Part shown: piece after piece, positions 9,499 to 19,647 of the stretch
Numbering within the stretch: the first letter of the stretch is position 1
Layout: each line of letters begins with the position of its first letter
NCBI GenBank assembly: GCA_963822965.1
Contig: CAWGJT010000013.1
Coordinates: 96,001-160,000, forward strand
From: an uncultured delta proteobacterium
GTDB lineage: Bacteria; Myxococcota_A; UBA9160; UBA4427
Direction of reading: 5' to 3'
DNA length: 64,000 nt
The notes under the pieces: generated by a model
Databases searched by the model: none
What the model was told of the DNA's origin: nothing
What the model saw: only the letters and a program-made list of their open reading frames with translations
Translations under genes and position numbers: made by a program

Positions 9499-12400
9499 TT
9501 GAGTCGGGGGCAGGTCGCCGCGTGGCTGGTGTGTCTGGCGATCCTGGGACTCTCCCGGAGCACGTCCGCCTCGCCGCCGGCCAACGCCGAGCCCGCCCGC
9601 TCGCGCCTCATCCTGAAGCTGCGCGCCGAGGGGGCCCACGCGGTCACCGACGGTGCCGAGAAGCTCTTCCGGCAGGGACGCGGTTTCGCGAGCGGCACCG
9701 CCGACGGATCGTCGTCTCTCGACGAGATCGGCGCGCGCATCCACATCCGCGAGATCCGCTCCCTCTTCCGACGCGACGACGGCCGCTCGTTCGCCGAGCA
9801 GCGCCGGCGACTCACCCGCCGCCTGCAGGCCCGCGTGCGCGGGCCGGCGAAGGTGCCTGATCTCTCGCAGGTCTACCGCGTGGAGGTCGGGCCGGGGACC
9901 TCCGTCGAGGGGGCGATCGCCCTGCTCGCGGCCGATCCCCACGTCGAGTGGGTCCAGTCCGACCACCTCCATCGGCTCGACCAGGTGAGCGACCTGCCCG
10001 ACGATCCCTTCCTGCACTCGAGCGGGTCGTGGGGACAGCCATACCCCGACCTCTGGGGCCTGTACCGGATCCGCGCTCCCGAAGCCTGGTCGATCTCCCA
10101 GGGAGAGGGCGTCGTGGTGGCCGTGGTCGACACGGGTCTCGACTACCTGCATCCCGACATCGCCGACAACGTCTGGGTCAACCCGGGCGAGGACCTCGAC
10201 GGGAATGGCCGGGTGGACCCCGCGGACTGGAACGGGGTGGACGACGACGGCAACGGCTTCGTCGACGACCTCCGCGGATTCGACTTCGCGAACAGCGTCG
10301 ACGCGGACGACGACGGCCGCTACGACGGTCCCCTGGACGAGAGCGACCCCGACCCGTTCGACGACGTCGGCCACGGCACCCACGTGGCCGGCACGATCGC
10401 CGCCGTGGCCGACAACGGCATCGGCGTCGCGGGCGTCGCGCCCCGGGCCCGCATCATGGCGCTGAAGGGCTTCCCGGCCGACGGACCCGGCCTGGACTCC
10501 GTGCTGTGGCGCGCCGTCCTCTACGCGGCCGAGAACGGTGCCCGCGTGATCAACACGAGCTGGTCCTGCAGCCCCGAGTGCCCCCACAACCCGCTCGCCG
10601 AGGAGATCGTCCGGCTCGTGCACGCCATGGACGTCGTCCTCGTGACCTCGGCGGGCAACCGCCGGACGGACGTGGTCTTCAACAGCCCGGAGAAGCTGCG
10701 GGAGACGATCACGGTCGCCTCGTCCGGTGAGGACGACCAGCCGTCGGCGTCGTTCACCAACATGGGCTGGCTGGTGGACGTCGCGGCGCCCGGCGGCGGT
10801 CCGTCCGGCGATCCCAACGTCTACATCGCCCGCCGCAACATCCTCTCGCTCCGCTCCTCGGCGGATGCGTCCGCCGCGTATGCGACGGTCGCGGAGGGAT
10901 ACTGGCGTCTCTCCGGAACCTCGATGTCCGCGCCCCACGTATCCGGCGTCGCTGCCCTGCTGCGGAGCGCGTACCCAGCGCTGGACGTCGAGCAGGTGCG
11001 CCGGCTGATCCGGCAGGGTGCCACGGACACGGGCCCGCCCGGCTACGACCGCCGCATGGGCGCGGGACGTCTCGACGCGTTCGCGAGCCTCCAGCTCGTA
11101 CCCCTGCCGGACCTCGACGCCGCCATCACCGGCCCCGAGCAGGGGAGCGTGTTCGATCCCCGGGGCGGCGCGGTCGTAGGGATCCAGGGCACGGCCGCCG
11201 GCGCCGACCTCGCGAGCTACTCGCTCTACTACGGGCTCGGGAACGAGCCCACGGAATGGATTCCCATCGCGACCGACCGCACCGCACCCGTCCGGGACGG
11301 GGTGCTCGCCGAATGGCCCCTCGACGGTCTCTCCGAGGGAACCTACGTGGTGAAGCTCGAGGTGCACGGCCTCGAGGGGCACCTCTACAGCGAGCTGCTG
11401 ATGGCGAGCCTCGAGAACGACCGCCGGCTGCGGGTCGTCTCCGAGCCGGGCCGTCCCGCCGCTGCGCCATCCGTCTCGGGCGACCTCGTCGTCTGGCAGT
11501 CGCGGCGCAGCCCGGAAGATCCCAACGAGGCCACCGAAGACGACAATCTCTTCGCGAGTCGCCTGTCCGACGGCAGCCAGTACGCAATCAGCGGCGCGGC
11601 GGGAGATCAGACGTTTCCCTCCATCTCGGGCGATGTGGTGAGCTGGCTGGACACGCGCGCAGGGCTGGCGGGAGCCCAGGTGTACGGCTGTCGTCTGGAC
11701 CCCCGGAGCGAGCGTTGCCATGCGTCGCCGGTATCCGACGAGCTGGTCCGGATGCCGCCCGCCGCCGCCGCGGGACGCATCTTCTGGCTCGACGACAGCT
11801 CGGGGGAGCAGGACGTGCGCGGTTGTCGTCCCGACCGCCGCGGCACCTCCTGCCGTCCCTTCGAGACCGGACTGCCGCCGGGCCGCCGGGGCTTCCTGGG
11901 CAGCTCCGGCCGAACCCTCGTCTGGACCGAGCCGGGCAGCCGGGTGGGTCTGTGCGACGTCTCCCACAGCGGCCTTTGCCCGGTCCGTGCACCGCTGGAT
12001 CCGATCCCCGTCAACGCGCAACCCGCGGCCTCCGGCGACCTGCTGGCATGGGTCGAGGCGCGCTTCAACGGTCGCGAGCCGCTGCAGATCTGCCAGCTCG
12101 ATCCGACCAGCGGCGACTGTCCGGCGGTCGAGGTCGCCCATCCGGTCGCCGATACCTCTCCCAGCCTGTCCGGAAGCCGGCTGGTCTGGGACGCCCGGAT
12201 CGGGGACGAGGCGAGCGACGTGTTCTTCTGCGAGTTCGACCGGATCCGCCAGCGCTGTCCGGTCCAGCGGCTCACCGCGCAGATGGCCCGCCAGGCGGCC
12301 TCTGCGATCGACGGCCGCCACGTCGTCTGGGAGGACGATCGGGACGGCTCCACGGAGATCGTGGGAGTCACCCTGCCTGCCCTGGCGCCCCTGCACGACC

Positions 12401-12759
12401 GCAGGGCGGTGGTGGGCAGGCTCGTGGTCGTGCCGGTGCGTTCCGCCGACACGGGAGCCGAGCCGCCTGGAAGGAGCCGGCGGGGGGACCCGGCCTCCGA
12501 GGCGCCCCTGCGTCTGGGCGCCGAGCCCGTGGACGCGGACTCCCTGGAGAGCCTGGGAGCTACCTTCTTCGACTCCGGTCGCAACCTGGGGCTCTTCTTC
12601 TGGCGTCCCCGCCCCGACCAGGTGGGGAGCCACGCGTTCACGTTCTCGGGGACCGCGGAGACGGGCCTGGTCACCCGTCAGACCATCCGCATCGAGGTGG
12701 TTCCGGCTCGGGAGCACCGAGCCGGCGGGCGGTCAGTCCCCGGTCGCGCCGGCCGTTAG
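9499..12759 (+). CDS. Secreted S8 (subtilisin-like) serine protease with propeptide, beta-propeller-like repeats and C-terminal Ig-like domain
   Basis: Catalytic motifs VAVVDTG, GHGTHVAGTI, SAGN and SGTSMSAPHV; repeats PSVSGDLVVW / PSISGDVVSW / SAIDGRHVVWEDDR; FFWRP...FTF C-terminal Ig-like segment. Confidence 0.92.
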   Translation: MSRGQVAAWLVCLAILGLSRSTSASPPANAEPARSRLILKLRAEGAHAVTDGAEKLFRQGRGFASGTADGSSSLDEIGARIHIREIRSLFRRDDGRSFAEQRRRLTRRLQARVRGPAKVPDLSQVYRVEVGPGTSVEGAIALLAADPHVEWVQSDHLHRLDQVSDLPDDPFLHSSGSWGQPYPDLWGLYRIRAPEAWSISQGEGVVVAVVDTGLDYLHPDIADNVWVNPGEDLDGNGRVDPADWNGVDDDGNGFVDDLRGFDFANSVDADDDGRYDGPLDESDPDPFDDVGHGTHVAGTIAAVADNGIGVAGVAPRARIMALKGFPADGPGLDSVLWRAVLYAAENGARVINTSWSCSPECPHNPLAEEIVRLVHAMDVVLVTSAGNRRTDVVFNSPEKLRETITVASSGEDDQPSASFTNMGWLVDVAAPGGGPSGDPNVYIARRNILSLRSSADASAAYATVAEGYWRLSGTSMSAPHVSGVAALLRSAYPALDVEQVRRLIRQGATDTGPPGYDRRMGAGRLDAFASLQLVPLPDLDAAITGPEQGSVFDPRGGAVVGIQGTAAGADLASYSLYYGLGNEPTEWIPIATDRTAPVRDGVLAEWPLDGLSEGTYVVKLEVHGLEGHLYSELLMASLENDRRLRVVSEPGRPAAAPSVSGDLVVWQSRRSPEDPNEATEDDNLFASRLSDGSQYAISGAAGDQTFPSISGDVVSWLDTRAGLAGAQVYGCRLDPRSERCHASPVSDELVRMPPAAAAGRIFWLDDSSGEQDVRGCRPDRRGTSCRPFETGLPPGRRGFLGSSGRTLVWTEPGSRVGLCDVSHSGLCPVRAPLDPIPVNAQPAASGDLLAWVEARFNGREPLQICQLDPTSGDCPAVEVAHPVADTSPSLSGSRLVWDARIGDEASDVFFCEFDRIRQRCPVQRLTAQMARQAASAIDGRHVVWEDDRDGSTEIVGVTLPALAPLHDRRAVVGRLVVVPVRSADTGAEPPGRSRRGDPASEAPLRLGAEPVDADSLESLGATFFDSGRNLGLFFWRPRPDQVGSHAFTFSGTAETGLVTRQTIRIEVVPAREHRAGGRSVPGRAGR

Positions 12760-14940
12760 GGAGTCCCCGGCGGGATCACGGACCGCCCGGCGGGATCGGT
12801 AGGCGGCAAGGTGATCCTCCAGCTGGCTCAGGACGGCCGGGGGAGCCCCCGCGGTCCGGGCCACCTCGAGGGCCCGCGTCCCCGCCCGGGTCGCTCCGTC
12901 GAAGTCGCCCGTCTCGGCGAGCGCGGCGCCGAGCGTGTCCAGGAAGCCGGGAGCTTCCTCGGGAGACCGGGCAATGACTCCGCGGATGACGCGCACCGCC
13001 TCCCCGCCGTCGCGTAGAGGCGCTTCCGGCAGGGTCGCCAGGGCCCAGGCGTAGTTGTTCAGGTTGGACGCCATCTCCGGGCAGCGCTGGGCCCCGTCCG
13101 CCAGCACCCGCACCAGCTCGTCGTAGCGGTGCAGTCGCTGCAGCAGGTCCCGCTGCTCGAGGCGCACCCGCTCGTCGCAGGCGTCGTCCCCGAGCAGGGT
13201 GAGGTACAGCTCGGCCGCCTCGTCCTTTCCGCCGCTCTCCGCCAGGGCGTGGGCCAGCTGGTAGGCGGCCTCGCGGTCCTTCGGGTCCGCCGCCCGAACC
13301 CGCCGCAGCAGCGCGATCGCCTCGGGATAGCGCTGCTTCCCCATGAGGGCCTCGGCGGTGAGGCTCATCGCGTAGAGGCTCGTGGGATTGCGACGCCGGA
13401 GGCCTGCCAGCAGCTCCAGCGCGTCGTCGTACGACTGGCGGCGGATCAGGCCCCCCGCAGTCGCGATCACCTGGACGTCGGCCGCCTTGGAGCTCGGATC
13501 CATGCCCCGCAGCTCGAGGGAGGCGGGATCGTCGTGGATCGCGGTCGTGGGTCCCCGGGCCACGTAGCCCAGGGCCATGAGCTGCTCGGCGGTCCGGGCA
13601 TCGACGGCGGCCGCGGCGTCGTCGCGGGGGGTGGGGGCGTCGGCGAGCAGGGTCTGCAGCTCTCCGCTCATGCTGGCGACCACCTCGGGACGGCTCCTGG
13701 CCAGGTCGTGGAGCTCTCCCGGGTCGGCCACCACGTCGTAGAGCTCCGGGTTCACCTTGTGGATGTACTTCCAGCGCCCCTGCTCCAGGCAGCGCAGGAC
13801 CGGCAGCCCGAAGGTCGACGCGAAGCGGGTCGCCTCCCCGTACGCGGTCAGCTGCAGGTCCTCCACCCTTCCCTCGATCAGGGGGACCAGCGAGGCGCCC
13901 TGCACGTCCTCCAGCGGGGGCAGACCGAGCAGATCGAGCACCGTGGGCGCGATGTCGATGGTGCGGACCAGCGACGGGATGCGCGCACCCCGTGGCAGGG
14001 ACGGCAGGCCCGCCAGCACCAGGGGCACCCGCATGGTCGTGTCGTAGACGAAGAAGCTGTGGCTGGGCTCGCCGTGCTCGTCCAGTCCCTCCCCGTGGTC
14101 GGCCGTCAGGACCACCAGGGTGTTCTCCTCGAGACCGAGCTCGCGGAGCTCGTGGAGCACGAGCCCGATCTGGAAGTCCTCCGTAGCGACCGCCGCGTGG
14201 TAGGAATCTGGCCCGAGCTTGCGAACGAAGCGCGGCAGGGACGAGTAGGGATTGTGGGCGTCGAAGTAGTGGAGCCACAGGAAGAAGGGGCGCCCGTCGT
14301 CCGTTTCGTGCAGGAAGTCGATTCCCCGGGCGGTGATGTCGGCGCCCGTGCGGATCGGCTTCGTCTCCTCGGTCCGCAGCCCCCGACTGTAGTGGACGAC
14401 CTCGAGCTCGACCCCCGGGCTCTCGGCTCCCCGATAGTGCTCGAAGCCCTGGGTGACGCGGGTCTCCGCGCGTAGGACCGGGGCCGCCACCTCGGCACCG
14501 GTGCGATAGCCGTGGGCGGCCAGCACCTCCGCGAGCGTGACGTTGCGATCGGCGAGCAGGTAGCCCGAGTTCGCCCGCACGCCGTGGACGTACGGGTAGG
14601 TTCCCGTGAAGATCGAGGAGTGGGCGGGCAGGGTCTCGGGGTTGGTGGTGGCGACGTGCTCGAAGAGCACGCCGGAGCGCGCCAGGCGATCGATGTTGGG
14701 CGTGGTATCGCGCGACTGTCCGTAGGCGCCGAGGGCGTCCGCGCGCGTCGTGTCCATGGTGACGAGGAGCAGGTTCGGGGGCGAGGCCGCAGCCCGGGGC
14801 GTCGCGGCCGGCGGCTCCGAGCCCGTCCCGGTCTCGCCGGATCCGCACCCGACGAGCAGCCCGGCGGACGACGCGACGGCGAGGCCCAGGAAGAGCTGCA
14901 GGCCCGGGAACGACCGACCCAGGACGAGCCGACGCCTCAC
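12733..14940 (-). CDS. Sulfatase-like hydrolase/transferase lipoprotein with C-terminal TPR repeats
   Basis: Lipobox LVG-C; NLLLVTMDTTRAD, ETLPAHSSIFTG, HYFDAHNPY, TADHGE; LMALGY motif followed by TPRs. Confidence 0.88.
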   Translation of the reverse strand: MRRRLVLGRSFPGLQLFLGLAVASSAGLLVGCGSGETGTGSEPPAATPRAAASPPNLLLVTMDTTRADALGAYGQSRDTTPNIDRLARSGVLFEHVATTNPETLPAHSSIFTGTYPYVHGVRANSGYLLADRNVTLAEVLAAHGYRTGAEVAAPVLRAETRVTQGFEHYRGAESPGVELEVVHYSRGLRTEETKPIRTGADITARGIDFLHETDDGRPFFLWLHYFDAHNPYSSLPRFVRKLGPDSYHAAVATEDFQIGLVLHELRELGLEENTLVVLTADHGEGLDEHGEPSHSFFVYDTTMRVPLVLAGLPSLPRGARIPSLVRTIDIAPTVLDLLGLPPLEDVQGASLVPLIEGRVEDLQLTAYGEATRFASTFGLPVLRCLEQGRWKYIHKVNPELYDVVADPGELHDLARSRPEVVASMSGELQTLLADAPTPRDDAAAAVDARTAEQLMALGYVARGPTTAIHDDPASLELRGMDPSSKAADVQVIATAGGLIRRQSYDDALELLAGLRRRNPTSLYAMSLTAEALMGKQRYPEAIALLRRVRAADPKDREAAYQLAHALAESGGKDEAAELYLTLLGDDACDERVRLEQRDLLQRLHRYDELVRVLADGAQRCPEMASNLNNYAWALATLPEAPLRDGGEAVRVIRGVIARSPEEAPGFLDTLGAALAETGDFDGATRAGTRALEVARTAGAPPAVLSQLEDHLAAYRSRRAVRDPAGDSLTAGATGD

Positions 14941-16496
14941 TGGAGATACCCGAGCGACCGCAGGCGCTCGATCTCCTCGTCGGGAAGCTCGACCGCATTC
15001 GCGGCACCGGCCGCGGACTCCCCGCCGTCGTAGCGACGCTGCATCTCGGCCCGCAGCTTCGCCGCGACCTCGGGCCGCTCCTTCGCGAGGTCGTGCCGTT
15101 CTCCGGGATCCGACGAGAGCTCGTAGAGCGAGTATCGATCCGACTTCGAGTCGTAGATCAACTTGTCGTTCCCATGCCGCACGGAGCGGTAGACGGGGAA
15201 GATGCCGGGCATCATGAGCTGGTAGGTGAGCCCCCCCGAGGCCTCCCCGTAGAGATCGCGATCGGCGAGGGGCTGGCCGTGCAGGAGCGGACGCAGGTCA
15301 ACCCCGTCGAGCGGCGTGTTCGCTTGCACCCCCGCGAAATCCAGCAGGGTGGGGACGATGTCGACGAGGGAGACCGGCGCCTTCACCCGGACGCCTCGCG
15401 GCACCCCGGGCCCGTGCAGGATGAGCGGGACGTGCAGCAGGGCCTGCCAGGTGGGGAGGAAGTGCTCGACGCGCCCGTGCTCCATGAACTCCTCGCCGTG
15501 ATCGGCGGTGACGACGACGAGCGCCTGGTCCAGGAGCCCGCGACCGCGCATCCAGGCGAAGAGGCGGCCCAGCTCCGTGTCCATCTGTCGGATCCCGGCG
15601 TCGTAGAGGTCGATGAGATGACTCACGTCCTTTGCGTCGAAGTGGACCCGGGTCACCGACGCGTCGATCCGGAAGGGCCGGCCCGCGGAGCCGAAGGTGC
15701 ACTTGATCGGGTCGAAGTGCCGGTGACACATGTCGAGGTACTGGTCTTCGAGGTTGGCGCGGGTCAGCTGCCAGCTGCTTCCGTCCGCGGGGCCCTGGTA
15801 GGGCCGCACGAAGAGCTTCTCGTAGCTCGGCTCGGACGCGTAGTCGGCGTGGACGTCGTAGTAGTGGAGGAAGAGCAGCAGGCGACCGTCTCCCAGCGTG
15901 GACATCCACTCGATCGCCTGGTCGGTCACCCAGCGCGTGGGGGCACGCTGCTCGGCGGACTCGGGGACGTACGCGTAGCGCTCGAAGTCGCGGGTGAGCC
16001 CGAAGGTGTCCCGCTCGAGCCACGTGGAGTTCACGACCGCGGCCGTTCGATAGCCCGCGCGGGCGAGCAGCGACGCCAGGGTGGGAACGTCCTTCCCGAG
16101 GCCGAGCCTCATGGTGGTGACGCCGTGCTCGTGCGGGTAGAGACCCGTCAACATCGAGGCGTGGGAGGGAAGGGTCCAGGGAGCGGCGGCGCTCGCGTCC
16201 TCGAAGAGGGCGCCCTCGGCGGCCATCCCGTCGAGAACGGGGGACGTGAAGCGCTCGTACCCGTAGGCGCCGAGGTGATCGGCGCGCAGGGTGTCGATGG
16301 ACACCAGCACGATGAGTCGCGGCGGATCGAGTTGCACGTCCGCTGCCGGCTCGCGAAGCGGCGCTTCCGCGCCGGCGCCGCGGGGCTCCACCGCTTCGCC
16401 CTTCGAGGCGTCGCGGGGCGTGCACGCGGAGACCGTCGCCAGGAGCGCAGCCAGGAGCGCAAGCGCAGCCGCGCTTCGGTTGACCGGCTTCCGCAT
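14937..16496 (-). CDS. Sulfatase-like hydrolase/transferase lipoprotein
   Basis: Lipobox VSA-C; SIDTLRADH, WTLPSHASMLTG, HYYDVH, TADHGEEF; C-terminal RLRSLGY. Confidence 0.9.
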   Translation of the reverse strand: MRKPVNRSAAALALLAALLATVSACTPRDASKGEAVEPRGAGAEAPLREPAADVQLDPPRLIVLVSIDTLRADHLGAYGYERFTSPVLDGMAAEGALFEDASAAAPWTLPSHASMLTGLYPHEHGVTTMRLGLGKDVPTLASLLARAGYRTAAVVNSTWLERDTFGLTRDFERYAYVPESAEQRAPTRWVTDQAIEWMSTLGDGRLLLFLHYYDVHADYASEPSYEKLFVRPYQGPADGSSWQLTRANLEDQYLDMCHRHFDPIKCTFGSAGRPFRIDASVTRVHFDAKDVSHLIDLYDAGIRQMDTELGRLFAWMRGRGLLDQALVVVTADHGEEFMEHGRVEHFLPTWQALLHVPLILHGPGVPRGVRVKAPVSLVDIVPTLLDFAGVQANTPLDGVDLRPLLHGQPLADRDLYGEASGGLTYQLMMPGIFPVYRSVRHGNDKLIYDSKSDRYSLYELSSDPGERHDLAKERPEVAAKLRAEMQRRYDGGESAAGAANAVELPDEEIERLRSLGYLQ

Positions 16497-16616
16497 CTAT
16501 ACGATTCTAGCCGCCGCCCGCGAGCCAGGAACCCTGGCCCGCGCCCGCGCTTCACGGGGACCAGGAGCGGAAGACCGGAGACCGGCGAGATCGGCGAGAT
16601 CGGAGAGCCCCCAGGA

Positions 16617-19600
16617 ATGGTCCGCGCGGTAGCCCTGCTCCTCACGGTTCTCACCGGCTTCAGCGGCCTCGTCTACGAGGTGGCGTGGCAGCGCTATCTC
16701 GCCACGCTGCTCGGCTCCGACAGCGAGGCCACGTCCGCAGTCCTCGGGATCTTCCTCGGCGGGCTCTCCGTGGGCTACTGGCTGTTCGGCCGGGTGACGA
16801 GGTCGGTGGTCGCGCGCGCCGAGCGCCAGGGGCGCCCGCCGCGGCTGCTGCTCGTCTACGGCCTGCTCGAGGGCAGCATCGGATGCTACGTCCTCGCCTT
16901 CCCCTGGCTGTTTCGGGGCGTCCAGCTGCTGTCGTACTCGATCCCCCACAGCACGGGCGGCCTGGGCTTCGCGCTGGACGTGTGCCTCTCGGCGCTGCTC
17001 ATCGGTCCCGCGTCGATCCTGATGGGCGGCACCATTCCGATGCTCACCCAGGCCCTCGCGCGCAGCCTCGACGACGCCACCCGCTTCCACGCCTTCGTCT
17101 ATGCGTTCAACACGGCGGGCGCGTTCGCGGGCGCGCTCGCGGCGGGCTTCTACCTCGTCCCCCGGCTCGGGCTCGAGAACGTGATGCTCGCCATGGGCTG
17201 CATCAACCTCGGCGCCGGCGCGCTCTTCGGCGTCGTGGGCTTCCGGCGGCGCGCGGTGATCGCGCTCAGCCAGGCCGGCCCGACGGACCCATCGGAGGGC
17301 GGGACACCCGGCATCGAGGGCTTCGGCTTCTACGCGACCATCGCGCTGCTGACCGGGTTCGCGATGATGACCATGCAGACGGTGGTGATCCGCCTCGGCG
17401 TGCTGTCGCTGGGCCCCTCCCAGGTGACGTTCTCGATGGTGGTCGCGGTCTTCGTGCTGGCGATCGCGCTGGGAAGCTTCGCGGTCTCGGCCTTCTCCCA
17501 CATTCCCACCTGGGTGATCGTGGCCAACCAGTGGGGCATCGCGCTCTTCTTCCTGCTCCTGTATCCGTGGGTCGAGGACTCGCCGTACGGGATGATGCTG
17601 ATCCGCACGATGTTCCAGGACAGCAACGGCGGCTTCTACGGCTTCTATCTCATGGCGCTGCTGGCGATCCTGGTGGTGATCGGCCCGGCGGTCCTGCTGT
17701 CCGGTGCGTCTCTTCCGCTGCTGTTCCACCACCTGCGGCGCCAGGTCGACCACCTGGGCGATCTGGCGGGCTACCTCTACAGCTGGAACACGGTGGGCTC
17801 GCTGCTGGGGGCCCTGCTCGGCGGCTACGCGCTGCTCTTCTGGCTGGATCTCCACCAGGTCTATCGAATCGCCATCGCCGCCCTGCTCATGGCCGCCGGT
17901 ATCCTCACGGTGCGCATCTACCGGCGCGCGGTCGCAGCCGGGCTCGCGCTCGTCCCCCTGCTCGCCGTCGTCACCCTGCTGCCCGCCTGGCGACCCGAGC
18001 TGCTCTACTCGGGTCTGTTCCGCAAGTCGGTCTACGACGCCTACGCGAAGGTGGCGGGCTACTACGTGGGGGCCGAGCGGTTCATCCTTCCGCATGGGGG
18101 CGCCAACTTCCACATCCTGTTCCACGCGGACGATCCCACGGCGAGCGTCGTCGCGCGCGAGAACAAGCTGCCCGACGGCCGCATCGACCGCTCCATCGCC
18201 AGCCAGGGAAAGAGCGACGCGGACACCCTGGGCGACTACGGGACGACGGGCCTGCTGGCCGCGCTGCCGGCCATCTTCGCCGACAAGGCGGAGCGGGCCT
18301 TCGTGATCGGCTGGGGGGTGGGGATCACGGCGGGGGAGCTGGGCACGTTCGACGGCATGAAGGAGGTGGACGTCGCCGAGATCACCCCGGGCATCCTCGA
18401 GGCGGCGCCGCTCTTCGACTTCGCCACCCAGGACGCGAGCCGCAACCCGAAGATCCACGTCATCCGGAGCGACGCCTACCGCGCCCTGATGCGCTCGGAG
18501 GGCACGTACGACGTGATCGTCTCGGCGCCGAGCCAGGCCTGGGTGGCGGGCGTGGAGATGCTCTTCACCCGGGAGTTCCTCGAGGCCACCCGCAAGCGCC
18601 TGAGCCCGGGAGGGGTGTACTGCCAGTTCATCCACCGCTACGAGATGGACGACGCATCGCTGGCGCTGGTGCTGCGCAGCTACGCCAGCGTCTACGAGCA
18701 CGTCGCCGTCTGGCAGGACGTGAACCAGTCGCTGCTGCTGCTCGGATTCGAGGACGCCCGTCGCGCGAACGACCTCGTGCGCTTCGTGCAACGCGCCGGT
18801 CGCCCGGACTTCACGGCCACCCTGCAGCGGGCGCACATCCCGAGCGTCTCGGCCCTGCTGGCCCACGAGCTGCTGCCGATGGACGTCGTCAACGCCCTGC
18901 ACCTGACCGGTCCGCTGCAGTCGCTCTATCACCCCCGGCTGAACGACCTGGCCGGCCGCGCGTTCTTCCGGGAAGACTACGCGGACCTGCCCTTCTCGGG
19001 CTACGGCGAGCCCGCACGCATCGGCGCACGCAACTCGCTGCTGCGGCGCTATGCGGCGCTCTTCACGGACGGGCTCCCGGACGAGGAGCGCGGCGCCCAG
19101 GTCGTCGAGGCGTGTCGGGCCCTCGGGCCGCCGTGCAACGCCCTCGTCGCCGAGTGGATGAGCGAGGAGCCGGCCCACCGCGAGACCCTCGAGCGCCTGA
19201 TCCGGTTCGTCGGAAAGCTCCCGGACGGCCTTCCGCGCGAGCGCCTGGAGGAGCTGGCGCACCTCTTCCGTGTGTCCCGGGCGCAGCTCCAGGACGTCAC
19301 CTCGGTCTCCGCGGCACGGGCCAGCGAGGACTTCGCAACGTACTACCATCACGCGGCGCCGTTCCCGCCGCAGACGCTGCACGACATCTGGTCGAGCTGT
19401 CGTGCGGGACGCCCCACGGAAGCGGCCTGTCGCGACTGGGTGAGCCAGCGCGCCGGCGCCCGGTCCGACGCGAGCTTCGAAGACCAGGTGCGCGAGTGCA
19501 TGACCTCGGCGTCCATCGGGAAGGCCTGCGAGAGCGGACTCCGTGCGGCCGAGAAGATGCTCCGCGAAGGCGTGGTACCGCGCCCGACCGGGCTCCCGGT

Positions 19601-19628
19601 CTTCGGTCGCCCCGAGGCGATGCGCTGA
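16617..19628 (+). CDS. Fused MFS-like membrane domain / spermidine-synthase-like methyltransferase-fold protein
   Basis: LTGFSGLVYEVAW N-terminus; two repeats of YAFNTAG/YSWNTVG; VIGWGVGIT SAM-binding loop; YDVIVSAPS, LFTREF. Start moved from 15093 to ATG 16617 to avoid overlap with the antisense sulfatase gene. Confidence 0.88.
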   Translation: MVRAVALLLTVLTGFSGLVYEVAWQRYLATLLGSDSEATSAVLGIFLGGLSVGYWLFGRVTRSVVARAERQGRPPRLLLVYGLLEGSIGCYVLAFPWLFRGVQLLSYSIPHSTGGLGFALDVCLSALLIGPASILMGGTIPMLTQALARSLDDATRFHAFVYAFNTAGAFAGALAAGFYLVPRLGLENVMLAMGCINLGAGALFGVVGFRRRAVIALSQAGPTDPSEGGTPGIEGFGFYATIALLTGFAMMTMQTVVIRLGVLSLGPSQVTFSMVVAVFVLAIALGSFAVSAFSHIPTWVIVANQWGIALFFLLLYPWVEDSPYGMMLIRTMFQDSNGGFYGFYLMALLAILVVIGPAVLLSGASLPLLFHHLRRQVDHLGDLAGYLYSWNTVGSLLGALLGGYALLFWLDLHQVYRIAIAALLMAAGILTVRIYRRAVAAGLALVPLLAVVTLLPAWRPELLYSGLFRKSVYDAYAKVAGYYVGAERFILPHGGANFHILFHADDPTASVVARENKLPDGRIDRSIASQGKSDADTLGDYGTTGLLAALPAIFADKAERAFVIGWGVGITAGELGTFDGMKEVDVAEITPGILEAAPLFDFATQDASRNPKIHVIRSDAYRALMRSEGTYDVIVSAPSQAWVAGVEMLFTREFLEATRKRLSPGGVYCQFIHRYEMDDASLALVLRSYASVYEHVAVWQDVNQSLLLLGFEDARRANDLVRFVQRAGRPDFTATLQRAHIPSVSALLAHELLPMDVVNALHLTGPLQSLYHPRLNDLAGRAFFREDYADLPFSGYGEPARIGARNSLLRRYAALFTDGLPDEERGAQVVEACRALGPPCNALVAEWMSEEPAHRETLERLIRFVGKLPDGLPRERLEELAHLFRVSRAQLQDVTSVSAARASEDFATYYHHAAPFPPQTLHDIWSSCRAGRPTEAACRDWVSQRAGARSDASFEDQVRECMTSASIGKACESGLRAAEKMLREGVVPRPTGLPVFGRPEAMR

Positions 19629-19647
19629 GCGCCGCGACGGCCCCGGA

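Noticed and set aside
9475..12717. 1080-aa ORF on the minus strand
   Set aside because: Antisense shadow of the S8 protease; such long stop-free frames are common at this GC content
15093..16616. 508-aa N-terminal extension of the MFS/spermidine-synthase fusion
   Set aside because: It overlaps the sulfatase-like gene on the opposite strand; the family-like sequence begins at ATG 16617
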